64,000 nt of DNA from Candidatus Woesearchaeota archaeon (GCA_964514585.1 CAZETU010000003.1:1-64000), one strand, 5' to 3'. Positions 19,100 to 26,980 are shown, counted from the first letter of the stretch. Numbers and translations: made by a program. The notes: generated by a model from the letters alone, not told the origin.

Positions 19100-19176
19100 C
19101 GTTTTAAGTTTTATATTCTTTTTATATTCTAATTTTCAAAACGAGATAGAAACAATATTAAAATTTTTAAGAAAAA

Positions 19177-19512
19177 TTAAATAAGTCTAATTAAAAATTC
19201 TATTATGAAAAAATAAACCCCAATAACTCCAAGACCTCCAATTAACCCTGTTACAAATCTTCTTATATTATTAGATTTTAATAAATTAAAATATTGCAAG
19301 GTTCCATCAATGATCAAAGGCGATATCAAGAACAAAGAGATTATTATTTTTAGGCGTAAACCAAGAATAAGCAAAATGATCATAATCACTTGCCCAAGAT
19401 ATATTCCTGTGCAACGAGCACAAACCGAAAATTGTTTACCCCTAAGATAAAAACTTCTTTCAGGTAACCTATGACATTGCAAGTAGTTTATAACTCTAAA
19501 ATGTTTCACCAC
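19177..19512 (-). CDS. DUF2085-like membrane protein
   Basis: CHRLPERSF...VCARCTGIYLG...DG...N..RFVTG. Confidence 0.8.
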   Translation of the reverse strand: MVKHFRVINYLQCHRLPERSFYLRGKQFSVCARCTGIYLGQVIMIILLILGLRLKIIISLFLISPLIIDGTLQYFNLLKSNNIRRFVTGLIGGLGVIGVYFFIIEFLIRLI

Positions 19513-19822
19513 ATTTCATACACATCCTTTTTGCTTCGGTTTTTCCTTTATTCATTTCACTCATTCCACAAAACCAGCCAAGTGGTCCAAGTAAAATAGC
19601 CCCACAACATCCTCGGCCTGTATTAAATCCCTTAGTTTGACCTATTGAAACTGGATGAATTTTTTTAGAGCCACAATAAGGGCAATTATGACCTATATGA
19701 CCTTTCTTTTTCTTCTTATATTCTTTCCAACAACCCCATCCACAAAATGCTTCCTTTGAACCAAAAGGATGCACAATTTGGTACCATTTCAATTCTTTTT
19801 TACAATTAGCACATTTTACCAT
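19496..19822 (-). CDS. Multi-Zn-ribbon protein with Gly-rich hydrophobic hairpin
   Basis: CANC, CGWGC, CPYCGS, GAILLGPLG, CMKCGETF. Confidence 0.7.
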   Translation of the reverse strand: MVKCANCKKELKWYQIVHPFGSKEAFCGWGCWKEYKKKKKGHIGHNCPYCGSKKIHPVSIGQTKGFNTGRGCCGAILLGPLGWFCGMSEMNKGKTEAKRMCMKCGETF

Positions 19823-19847
19823 TTTATATTTTATTAGTAATTTTTAA

Positions 19848-20411
19848 TTATACCTTTTTAGTCATCATCTTCATAAAAGATTTTCCTTCATTGGAATAAG
19901 ATGTTGAAGAAGATCTTACATAGAATACAACATTACTTCTTAGACAAAATCCCTCTGCGTAACCAGATAAAATAGAATCTATCTGAATCCCAAGACAATC
20001 TTCTCCTAAATCCCAATCCTTAACACCCCTTATGTCTATCCCTTGTTTTTCCTCATCATAAAATTGATTTGAATTAATATTAGAATCGAAACGATAAGCC
20101 TTCACTATTACTGAACTTCCCCCAAAATCTTCAGTCTTACCTATTTGTCTCTCAGTTCCCTCAATAAAACCTGTAGCATTTGTGGTTATTGAAACCATAT
20201 CGTTAACTCTCCATACCCTATCAATTTCTGAGTCTTGGGGAATAAGGAGACTTGAGTTTATTATCACTAATCCATTATCTGAATAATCGGCATATTTTAT
20301 CTCATCCTTAATTCCTTGGAAGGTTCCAATAATAAAAGATAATGCCATGAATCCTAAAATCCCTGTCAAAATCCAGTGTCGCCTGAACCAGGATTTTTTC
20401 TTGTCTTTCAT
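19848..20411 (-). CDS. Membrane-anchored hypothetical protein
   Basis: KKKSWFRRHWILTGILG N-terminal anchor, then a soluble domain. Confidence 0.65.
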   Translation of the reverse strand: MKDKKKSWFRRHWILTGILGFMALSFIIGTFQGIKDEIKYADYSDNGLVIINSSLLIPQDSEIDRVWRVNDMVSITTNATGFIEGTERQIGKTEDFGGSSVIVKAYRFDSNINSNQFYDEEKQGIDIRGVKDWDLGEDCLGIQIDSILSGYAEGFCLRSNVVFYVRSSSTSYSNEGKSFMKMMTKKV

Positions 20412-20592
20412 AGAGTTATATGGATTATAACTTTTTTAAATGCTTGGTAACTTATTAAGTAACCTTTCTATAAAAGAAATGGTAACCTTCTTGTTTTATG
20501 GTAGAGGCAAGATTAATTTTATTTGTGGCTAGAAGTAATCGTAGAAAACAGGCTTTAGTAGTCAATTTATTACGGGAACTCGGGGTGCCTTA

Positions 20593-20826
20593 TTGGTAAT
20601 TTTGGACTTGGTAATTATAGCCTTAGTAACTAGGATAATCGAAAATAAAGTTACCGATATTATGTTAACAAAACCTATATTTTATTTTCCGTTTACACTC
20701 CTTGTTTTGACTGGAATGTATACAATTATTAGAAAAACGACAAAAATTTCTCTAAGGGAATGGATGGTTTTAATAGTACTTTATCTTGGTAGTCTTATGT
20801 CAATCTATGCCTTGTGGGGAATATAA
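20593..20826 (+). CDS. Small membrane protein, possibly 5'-frameshifted
   Basis: Three hydrophobic segments; TTG start only; an upstream ATG at 20498 is in another frame. Confidence 0.4.
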   Translation: MVILDLVIIALVTRIIENKVTDIMLTKPIFYFPFTLLVLTGMYTIIRKTTKISLREWMVLIVLYLGSLMSIYALWGI

Positions 20827-20861
20827 TTAGTCCTCTCTCGAATGTACCACACTGAGCAGAC

Positions 20862-20874
20862 CAGCGGTTGGGGC
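20862..20874 (+). repeat. Direct repeat CAGCGGTTGGGGC, copy 1
   Basis: Exact 13-mer also at 21852-21864. Confidence 0.8.
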
Positions 20875-20935
20875 GTATGGAATGTGGTTCTTGAGTAGCA
20901 CAAAGAATATAAGTGGGAAGTGGTTTGGTTTTCTA

Positions 20936-21262
20936 ATGACGAAAGGACAAGTTAATGGCTTAAGAATTACGGAATGTAAGGATTTTATTGATGAACTTAA
21001 CAATCTTGAAGGTGTTAACTGTAATTTATATCTGCAAGAAAATGTAATTGAGTTTAAGTCGATATTTACCCCATTCATTATTGAAATTGCGAAAGGTGTA
21101 GGAATTAGTTTGATTACAGCGATAATCATAAAGTTTTTTGAAAAGCACAAGGATAAGGAAAGAGTTTCTGTAAACATCGGAACTATTAACATTATTAATG
21201 GAGACAATGCTCATATCATAAATGAAAAACTCTCAGAAGCCCTCGGATCAAATGAAGTTTAA
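20936..21262 (+). CDS. Hypothetical protein with central hydrophobic helix
   Basis: Track ORF 20882-21262, probable ATG at 20936; its stop overlaps the next gene. Confidence 0.5.
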   Translation: MTKGQVNGLRITECKDFIDELNNLEGVNCNLYLQENVIEFKSIFTPFIIEIAKGVGISLITAIIIKFFEKHKDKERVSVNIGTINIINGDNAHIINEKLSEALGSNEV

Positions 21263-21446
21263 AGAACTAATTGAAGCATGGTATGTTGATTTAATTGCGA
21301 GTGGGCTTGGTGTTGTTCTAATTATTTATAGCAAGGAGATAAGGGTGGAAAATCCCTTTTGGTGGATTGCTTTTCTTTTCGGAATTTTATTTAATATCCC
21401 AACATTGTACTTTTATGTATGGAGATATATTAAAGAGTTATTTTAG
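21252..21446 (+). CDS. Small two-TM protein
   Basis: Two hydrophobic helices; ATG at 21252 (track 21222). Confidence 0.5.
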   Translation: MKFKELIEAWYVDLIASGLGVVLIIYSKEIRVENPFWWIAFLFGILFNIPTLYFYVWRYIKELF

Positions 21447-21480
21447 AAATGTTTAATAGTCTCTTGGGATATTGTATTCT

Positions 21481-21783
21481 ATGGGAAGAAAGCCAGATGT
21501 TCAAGGGTTTCTTGTAGGCGGAATAGTGGGAACTGCAATGCTGATTTTTTTTGTAATTATTGGGGGAATATTTTTTGACGCCCTGAAGGAATCTTCTCCA
21601 AATGAACAGACCAAGGAGTTAATAGAAGAACAAGAGAACAATTTTTGGAGTGGTGTAAATATCTGGATTCTACTAACTGGAATAGCTGGAACAATTGTGC
21701 TTTTTTTTATAATATATAAATTTATAATTTGGGCAATTGGAGAATTTGGTGGGTCGTCAAATGGATCTTGGATAACTGCTTAA
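21481..21783 (+). CDS. Small two-TM protein
   Basis: Two TM helices with a charged linker; ATG at 21481 (track 21472). Confidence 0.55.
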   Translation: MGRKPDVQGFLVGGIVGTAMLIFFVIIGGIFFDALKESSPNEQTKELIEEQENNFWSGVNIWILLTGIAGTIVLFFIIYKFIIWAIGEFGGSSNGSWITA

Positions 21784-21820
21784 TCTCTTTGAGATAAAAA
21801 ATAATCTAAGACTAACTTTA

Positions 21821-21840
21821 TCCACCCATGAAAACCCCAA
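21821..21840 (-). repeat. Right arm of long-range inverted repeat
   Basis: TCCACCCATGAAAACCCCAA, inverse of 19081-19099; CCCCAAC (21835-21841) can also pair with GTTGGGG (21857-21863). Confidence 0.85.
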
Positions 21841-21851
21841 CATCCCAGTCA

Positions 21852-21864
21852 CAGCGGTTGGGGC
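21852..21864 (+). repeat. Direct repeat CAGCGGTTGGGGC, copy 2
   Basis: Exact match to 20862-20874. Confidence 0.8.
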
Positions 21865-22114
21865 ATACTGTATAAATGTTATTTTCATAGGTATACTTTA
21901 TCTACAATAACAGATTTGTCTATAAAATTGTCTACATAAAGAAAGGATATACTCAACCTCGACAATACTTATAAATCAAAGGAGTCTCATAATAGCAACG
22001 ATAAAATAAAATCATCAATGGCAAAAGATACTCATTAAAGGTGCCACAAAGGTTCCTTAGCGGGTGGGGGGATTATTTCTAAAATGTAAAACAGTGGGGT
22101 CTTTCGCCATAATC

Positions 22115-22122
22115 TTTAAATA
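22115..22122 (+). promoter_or_regulatory. TATA box upstream of the putative precursor peptide
   Basis: TTTAAATA 22-29 nt upstream of the ATG at 22144. Confidence 0.5.
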
Positions 22123-22143
22123 GTTCTATCTGATGAAATTTAT

Positions 22144-22320
22144 ATGGTTGATAAAACTAAAGGCCCATGTTATGACGCCATTTCTCCCGGGACTATCGGA
22201 GTTTCTCAAAGAATCTACGCTAGTTATTTCAGCGGAGAAAGTGCTTCTGGAGGCGATGATGGTGGACTCGTTTTCTTAGCAAGGAATGACGTTATGTCAT
22301 GTGGACAAAATCAGTATTAG
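22144..22320 (+). CDS. Putative RiPP precursor peptide, 58 aa (not in ORF track)
   Basis: MVDKTKGPCYDAISPGTIGVSQRIYASYFSGESASGGDDGGLVFLARNDVMSCGQNQY; own TATA box; 21 nt upstream of the rSAM/SPASM gene. Confidence 0.75.
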   Translation: MVDKTKGPCYDAISPGTIGVSQRIYASYFSGESASGGDDGGLVFLARNDVMSCGQNQY

Positions 22321-22341
22321 TTATAATTGGTTTAATCTAAA

Positions 22342-23448
22342 ATGAATATTACTAACGAAGTTTATATTTCCCCTTATTCTTGTTATATTAATTTGACAAG
22401 CAAATGTAATCTTAGATGTAAGCATTGTTTTGGGAGTTATTCAGAAAAGAATGATAACGAATTAAATCTTGATGAGTGGAAAAAAGTTATCGATGATCTG
22501 GTTGAATGTAATGTTTTTTATGTAGTATTATCTGGGGGAGAAGTTACTCAAAGTCCGATTTTTAAAGACTTTATCAATTATTTGACTAAAAAGGGAATGT
22601 ACTTTATTTTAACCACTAATGGAATATTTCCAAATGACATTCGGGAGTTTATTGTTGATAAAAAAGAATATTTGGTTAGTATAAAAATAAGTTTAGACGG
22701 TCCTGATAGAGAATCTCATGGATTTATAAGATTGGATTCTCAAGGAAAATATAATCCCCATATGTTTGATCTAACGATGGAAAATATAAATTATTTTAAA
22801 AAAATAGGGATTCCCCTCTCAATAGCTACGGTTTTACATAAAAATAACATTGATAAGATGGAAGAATTTCAGAAATTAATAAAAAAAATAAATCCGGTGG
22901 ATTGGTTTATCTCTCCGATTATTCCTATTGGGCGGGGAGAATCAAATAAATTTATTTCCGAATTTTATGAATTTTATGATAATAAATTTTGGGAATCGAT
23001 TAATGAATCTGGAAAAAGAAATGGGATTAATGTTAGAATAATCGATATGCCTGTAGAGATGGAACGGCAAGGATTATCGGCATACACTTGTGCAGCAGCA
23101 ATTAATTTTTGTGAAATCCATTCTGATGGGAAAGTATCTCCATGTACCCTATCTAGAGTTATTATCCCTGAAAAATTTATGAAGTTTGAAAATATCCGAG
23201 ATAAATCTCTCCAAAAAATTTGGGATGGTGAAATTTTTAACAAATTTAGGTCTTATATGGATAAGGGTTGCGATGGTTGTAAAATGTTGTCTAAATGTAA
23301 TAAATGTGTGGCACAAAGTTTTAGATATTTTGAGAATGGTGAATCTCCGACCCCTTTTTGTATTAAAAATGGGAAAGCATTGGGATTGAATCAATTAAAA
23401 AAGTATAAAGATAAATTAAATAAGGAGTTTGGTATTAATATAAAATAA
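22342..23448 (+). CDS. Radical SAM/SPASM peptide-maturase-like enzyme (PqqE/MftC-like)
   Basis: CNLRCKHC; VFYVVLSGGE; TTNG; ISLDG; SPASM C-x6-C-x10-C ... C-x2-C-x5-C-x2-C-x17-C. Confidence 0.9.
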   Translation: MNITNEVYISPYSCYINLTSKCNLRCKHCFGSYSEKNDNELNLDEWKKVIDDLVECNVFYVVLSGGEVTQSPIFKDFINYLTKKGMYFILTTNGIFPNDIREFIVDKKEYLVSIKISLDGPDRESHGFIRLDSQGKYNPHMFDLTMENINYFKKIGIPLSIATVLHKNNIDKMEEFQKLIKKINPVDWFISPIIPIGRGESNKFISEFYEFYDNKFWESINESGKRNGINVRIIDMPVEMERQGLSAYTCAAAINFCEIHSDGKVSPCTLSRVIIPEKFMKFENIRDKSLQKIWDGEIFNKFRSYMDKGCDGCKMLSKCNKCVAQSFRYFENGESPTPFCIKNGKALGLNQLKKYKDKLNKEFGINIK

Positions 23449-24209
23449 TGAAAACATTAAAGAAACAAATCAAATGGCGAAAAGATAAAAAAGATCTCTT
23501 TATTCGTGATTGCAAAAACTCAATCGATCTTAAACTTTCTTTTGAGAATGAACCTTTTTTAAAAAAATTATTCTGTGGAGTTAATTTTGAGGAATTGAAC
23601 AAAACAGAGAAATTAATCTTTTTAGAATTTGAAAAACTCGGTTTTTTAGTAGATTTAGAATTAAGGGAATTATCCTCCGAAAACTTTTCGCAAGGAATGG
23701 ACATTCTAGATAGTGAATTGAAGATTGAGAGGATTAGAGACTCAGATTTTCTAAGGAATAAATTTGAGAAATGTCCCGAATTTTTTATTGGAATCTATTT
23801 GGAAAGTGAAATTGTCGGGATTATATGTGGTTTTCATAGGGATGATTATTTATTAATTAGTGAAATTGCAGTAGATTCCAGATTTCAGAAAAGAAACTTC
23901 GGGAAGAAATTAGTGATGAAGTTCGAAGAAATTGGTTTTAAAAAATATGATAAAATAAATGTCGGGGCATTGGATAATTCAATTGGATTTTATAAATCGT
24001 TGGGATATAAGCCATTTTTGCTTATTCAATTTAAGGAGGAGGTTTATAATTTGGAGGATTTTTCTGAATTTGAGGTTCTGAATTCTAGTGATTCAAGTAT
24101 CGAATTAAAAATAAATAATTGTAATTTAAGGGAATTGCAGCGACTAAGGAATATTTATCAAAAAGCAAATTTACAGTATATTTTTGTAAAAAGGGTTAGT
24201 AAATCCTAA
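23448..24209 (+). CDS. GNAT acetyltransferase with N-terminal RRE-like domain
   Basis: GNAT motifs EIAVDSRFQKRNFGKKL and GFYKSLGY; N-terminal 70 aa with a beta-strand then helix pattern ending FEKLGFL; TAATG overlap with rSAM. Confidence 0.75.
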   Translation: MKTLKKQIKWRKDKKDLFIRDCKNSIDLKLSFENEPFLKKLFCGVNFEELNKTEKLIFLEFEKLGFLVDLELRELSSENFSQGMDILDSELKIERIRDSDFLRNKFEKCPEFFIGIYLESEIVGIICGFHRDDYLLISEIAVDSRFQKRNFGKKLVMKFEEIGFKKYDKINVGALDNSIGFYKSLGYKPFLLIQFKEEVYNLEDFSEFEVLNSSDSSIELKINNCNLRELQRLRNIYQKANLQYIFVKRVSKS

Positions 24210-24297
24210 AAAATCATCGATTCTATTTCTAAACGAACACTGTTAATCCGTTCAGGGTGGGGGATATGTTTTTATAATTTAGATATTTTTGATTTTT

Positions 24298-24945
24298 ATG
24301 AAATTAATGTTGACTTCTGCGGGAATTAGAAATGAATCTTTGAGTGAGGCATTGAGAAGGTTGGTTGGTGAGAATTTAATGAGGATTGCTTTTATTCCTA
24401 CTGCGGCTAATGTTGAGGAAGGAGATAAGGGTTGGCTGATTGATGATTTGGTTAATTGTAAGAAATTGGGTGAGGTTGATATAGTTGATATTTCTGCTCT
24501 TGAAAAAAATGTTTGGTTGCTAAGGTTGAAGAGGGCGAATGTTATTTTTGTTGGGGGAGGGGATACGGCTTATTTGATGAAGTGTATTCGGGAGTCTGGG
24601 TTGAGCGAGGAAATTTCTGATTTATTGAAGACTCGAGTTTATGTTGGGATTAGTGCTGGGAGTATTGTTCTTAGTAAGACGCTTCAGGTTTCTTCTGAAT
24701 GTTTATTTGGTTTATATGGTGATGAAGTTGATAATCCCCCTAGGGGGCTTGGATTGATTGATTTTCATATGAGGCCACATCTTAATTCTGAATATTTTCC
24801 TAAGGTTGTTGATGAAAATTTGAGAAAAGTGTTTGCTGATTTTGATGAGGATGTCTATGCTTTAGATGATGAATCTGCAGTTGTTTATGATAACGGTAAA
24901 ATTGAAATTGTTTCTGAGGGTAAATGGGAAAAGTATCCTAAGTGA
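24298..24945 (+). CDS. Peptidase S51 (dipeptidase E family)
   Basis: FIPTAA, FVGGGDT, GISAGS, GLGL, PH; ATG at 24298 (track 24289). Confidence 0.88.
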   Translation: MKLMLTSAGIRNESLSEALRRLVGENLMRIAFIPTAANVEEGDKGWLIDDLVNCKKLGEVDIVDISALEKNVWLLRLKRANVIFVGGGDTAYLMKCIRESGLSEEISDLLKTRVYVGISAGSIVLSKTLQVSSECLFGLYGDEVDNPPRGLGLIDFHMRPHLNSEYFPKVVDENLRKVFADFDEDVYALDDESAVVYDNGKIEIVSEGKWEKYPK

Positions 24946-24964
24946 TAGATTGAATTATATTTGT

Positions 24965-25339
24965 TTAATCTAGTTTCCTAACTATTTCTGTCATTTTTCT
25001 TGCTGCGTCTATCTCGTTTGGTTGGACAAAATGAGTATAGTGACGTCCTTTTTGAAATCCAAGGCTAGCCATATCTATTTCTTTTTCTCTTGTGTAAAGG
25101 ATAACCGGCATTCCTTTTTGGGCTGCGTATGCCATTACTTCTTTCAATTGTTTGGTTCTTATTCTTTCTCCTGCCCAATTAAATGGGTCGACAATTAGTG
25201 CTGCGTATCCTTCTCCCTCTGTATGTTCCATTTCTCCAAGTGCTGTTTCTGTGCTGTCGACTTCTATTACTTTTCTACTACAAGCTACTACTCTTGTTGG
25301 TTCGTCGCCTTTGCATAACATTAGTAAATCTTTTGCCAT
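24965..25339 (-). CDS. Degenerate CheY-like receiver domain protein
   Basis: VDSTETAL, YAALIVD, PVILYT pattern. Confidence 0.45.
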   Translation of the reverse strand: MAKDLLMLCKGDEPTRVVACSRKVIEVDSTETALGEMEHTEGEGYAALIVDPFNWAGERIRTKQLKEVMAYAAQKGMPVILYTREKEIDMASLGFQKGRHYTHFVQPNEIDAARKMTEIVRKLD

Positions 25340-25371
25340 GTTTTTTTGATGTCGGTTTGCTTTTTAAGAAT

Positions 25372-26553
25372 TTATATGGTGAAGTGGTTTTCTAGGAAAG
25401 TGGTTGCGTATACGCCTGATGGGAGTGTGAATGATAGGGTGATTTTTTTTGAGTTTTCGAATTCTTCATCGTTGTCTATTGATGTTTCTATGCTTTTTAC
25501 TTCAGTGATTGCTTTTCTGAAAGAGCCTTTGATTCTTAGGTATGGGATTTCTCGGATGTCGAAATCGGATAGTTCTAGATTGTGTTCGGAGAGGACTTGT
25601 TTTTCGATGTCGCCTAGGTGGCCGTTGAAGAATCTTGTTTTGTATCCCATTAGGAGGCAGCTCTGTTGACCTTCTTTGGTAAAATCCATTCCTTCGTCTA
25701 GTGCTCTTTCTAGGATTTCGTTAAACATTTTGCTCTGGACTGAGTGGAGAAACATTAGCATATTTTTTCGTTCGGCTTTTTTGATTGCTCCTAGGAAGTC
25801 GTCTTTATTTCTAGATAGGTAGAACAAGATTTGTTTTTCGAGCTTGAGATAGTTTGGGAAATATTTTGATGCTGCGTTGAAGTCGTTTGTTTTCTTTAGT
25901 TTTTCTCTTGCGTATTTTATGTCGGGACGTTCGTTTTCGTTGGTGTCGGTTAGGATTGCCATAACAGCACTTTCAAATTTTCTTTTTATGATTAGTTCTC
26001 CGATTTTTACATTATTGCCTCGCATTGAGCCGAACCTTTGGGCGCCGAAATAATTTGGGAACCAGTTTTTCTTTTTGATTTGATTTGTGATTTTCATTGC
26101 GTCTTTTTTATCAATGTCTCGCAAGGTTATTGTGAAATGATTTGCTTCTAAATATCCCATTTTGATTTTTCTTTTTGACCATTTGAAATTTTTTAGGATG
26201 ATGTTTGGGTGTTTGAAATTTTTTATTTTGTCTATATCTGGTTTGAATATTGATATTCGTTGGCATGTCCAAGCTTTTTTGTCTTTTGTCCCGGCGTAAC
26301 CAATAGCATCGACGCCTTTATTCAATTTACTTGCTACATCTTTTATTGCTTGAAAGTGGTCTATATTTTTCTTTTCCATTTCGCAGCAAAGGAAGTCTCT
26401 TGGGTTTTCTAGGTCTAATTTTTCTAGGTCTGGATTGGAGTTGAATTTTGGATCTTCTGAGATTTTGCAGTTCCATTTTTCGCCGATTTCTTCGACTATG
26501 AAATCCTCTGCGTTGTGTTTTAATTTTGCTGGGGCTTTGATTTCTTCTTTCAT
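25372..26553 (-). CDS. truD: tRNA pseudouridine synthase TruD
   Basis: EDFIVEEI, GYAGTKDKKAWTCQ, NYFGAQRFG, FTLPSGVYAT; ATG at 26553 (track 26598). Confidence 0.95.
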   Translation of the reverse strand: MKEEIKAPAKLKHNAEDFIVEEIGEKWNCKISEDPKFNSNPDLEKLDLENPRDFLCCEMEKKNIDHFQAIKDVASKLNKGVDAIGYAGTKDKKAWTCQRISIFKPDIDKIKNFKHPNIILKNFKWSKRKIKMGYLEANHFTITLRDIDKKDAMKITNQIKKKNWFPNYFGAQRFGSMRGNNVKIGELIIKRKFESAVMAILTDTNENERPDIKYAREKLKKTNDFNAASKYFPNYLKLEKQILFYLSRNKDDFLGAIKKAERKNMLMFLHSVQSKMFNEILERALDEGMDFTKEGQQSCLLMGYKTRFFNGHLGDIEKQVLSEHNLELSDFDIREIPYLRIKGSFRKAITEVKSIETSIDNDEEFENSKKITLSFTLPSGVYATTFLENHFTI

Positions 26554-26614
26554 GAAATTATAGAGAGGAGGGGTATAAAAGTGTATCATTGAGAACAATA
26601 ATTTTTAAAAACGG

Positions 26615-26980
26615 GTGATGATTGGAGTTTTGATGGGATTAATTTCTGCCGTTCCGATTGATTATAGGACTTTCGTTGATAGAAGGTTGCCGAGAATTGG
26701 GGTTTATTATGTGTTTGACGGTCGTCGTATGGGAATTTGTACGGAGTTTGGTATTGATATTGGGGACATTAGAAATAGTGGGGATGAGGTTGTGAGTTCG
26801 AGGGAGCCTTATTTGTTTCGCCATGAGGAGGAAGTTTTGGATGGTGCGGAGAGACATAGTGTTCAAGCGATTCGGACGAATGTTGTGGACGGGGTTAGTT
26901 TTAGGAGATTATCGTCTATAATTTCTCAAATACATTTTCGAGATTTTTTGGATCGGCATGATTGGTTGAAGTCTGCTTAA
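26615..26980 (+). CDS. Hypothetical protein
   Basis: Fills the gap between genes; no motif recognised. Confidence 0.4.
   Translation: MMIGVLMGLISAVPIDYRTFVDRRLPRIGVYYVFDGRRMGICTEFGIDIGDIRNSGDEVVSSREPYLFRHEEEVLDGAERHSVQAIRTNVVDGVSFRRLSSIISQIHFRDFLDRHDWLKSA

Noticed and set aside
18216-19106. A cleanly split gene restored by circularisation between the 18216 and 19060 motifs
   Set aside because: Joining the halves by hand is out of frame and the middle ~24 aa of the intact paralog are not recovered
20827-21207. Minus-strand 126-aa ORF as an alternative to 20936-21262
   Set aside because: The + strand ORF fits the co-directional overlapping gene run better
22144-24209. True mycofactocin or PQQ cluster
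   Set aside because: The peptide lacks IDGxCGVY and ExxxY motifs and there are no mftB/D/E/F or pqqB/C genes
18216-24266. Integron attC array or Tn3-type ends
   Set aside because: No RYYYAAC...GTTRRRY paired boxes, the arms are shorter than 38-bp Tn3 IRs, and no IntI or transposase is in the window
24298-24945. Peptidase S51 as the RiPP leader peptidase
   Set aside because: It lies beyond the compositional boundary with host-like bias, and the family cleaves Asp-X dipeptides; a link is possible but unsupported
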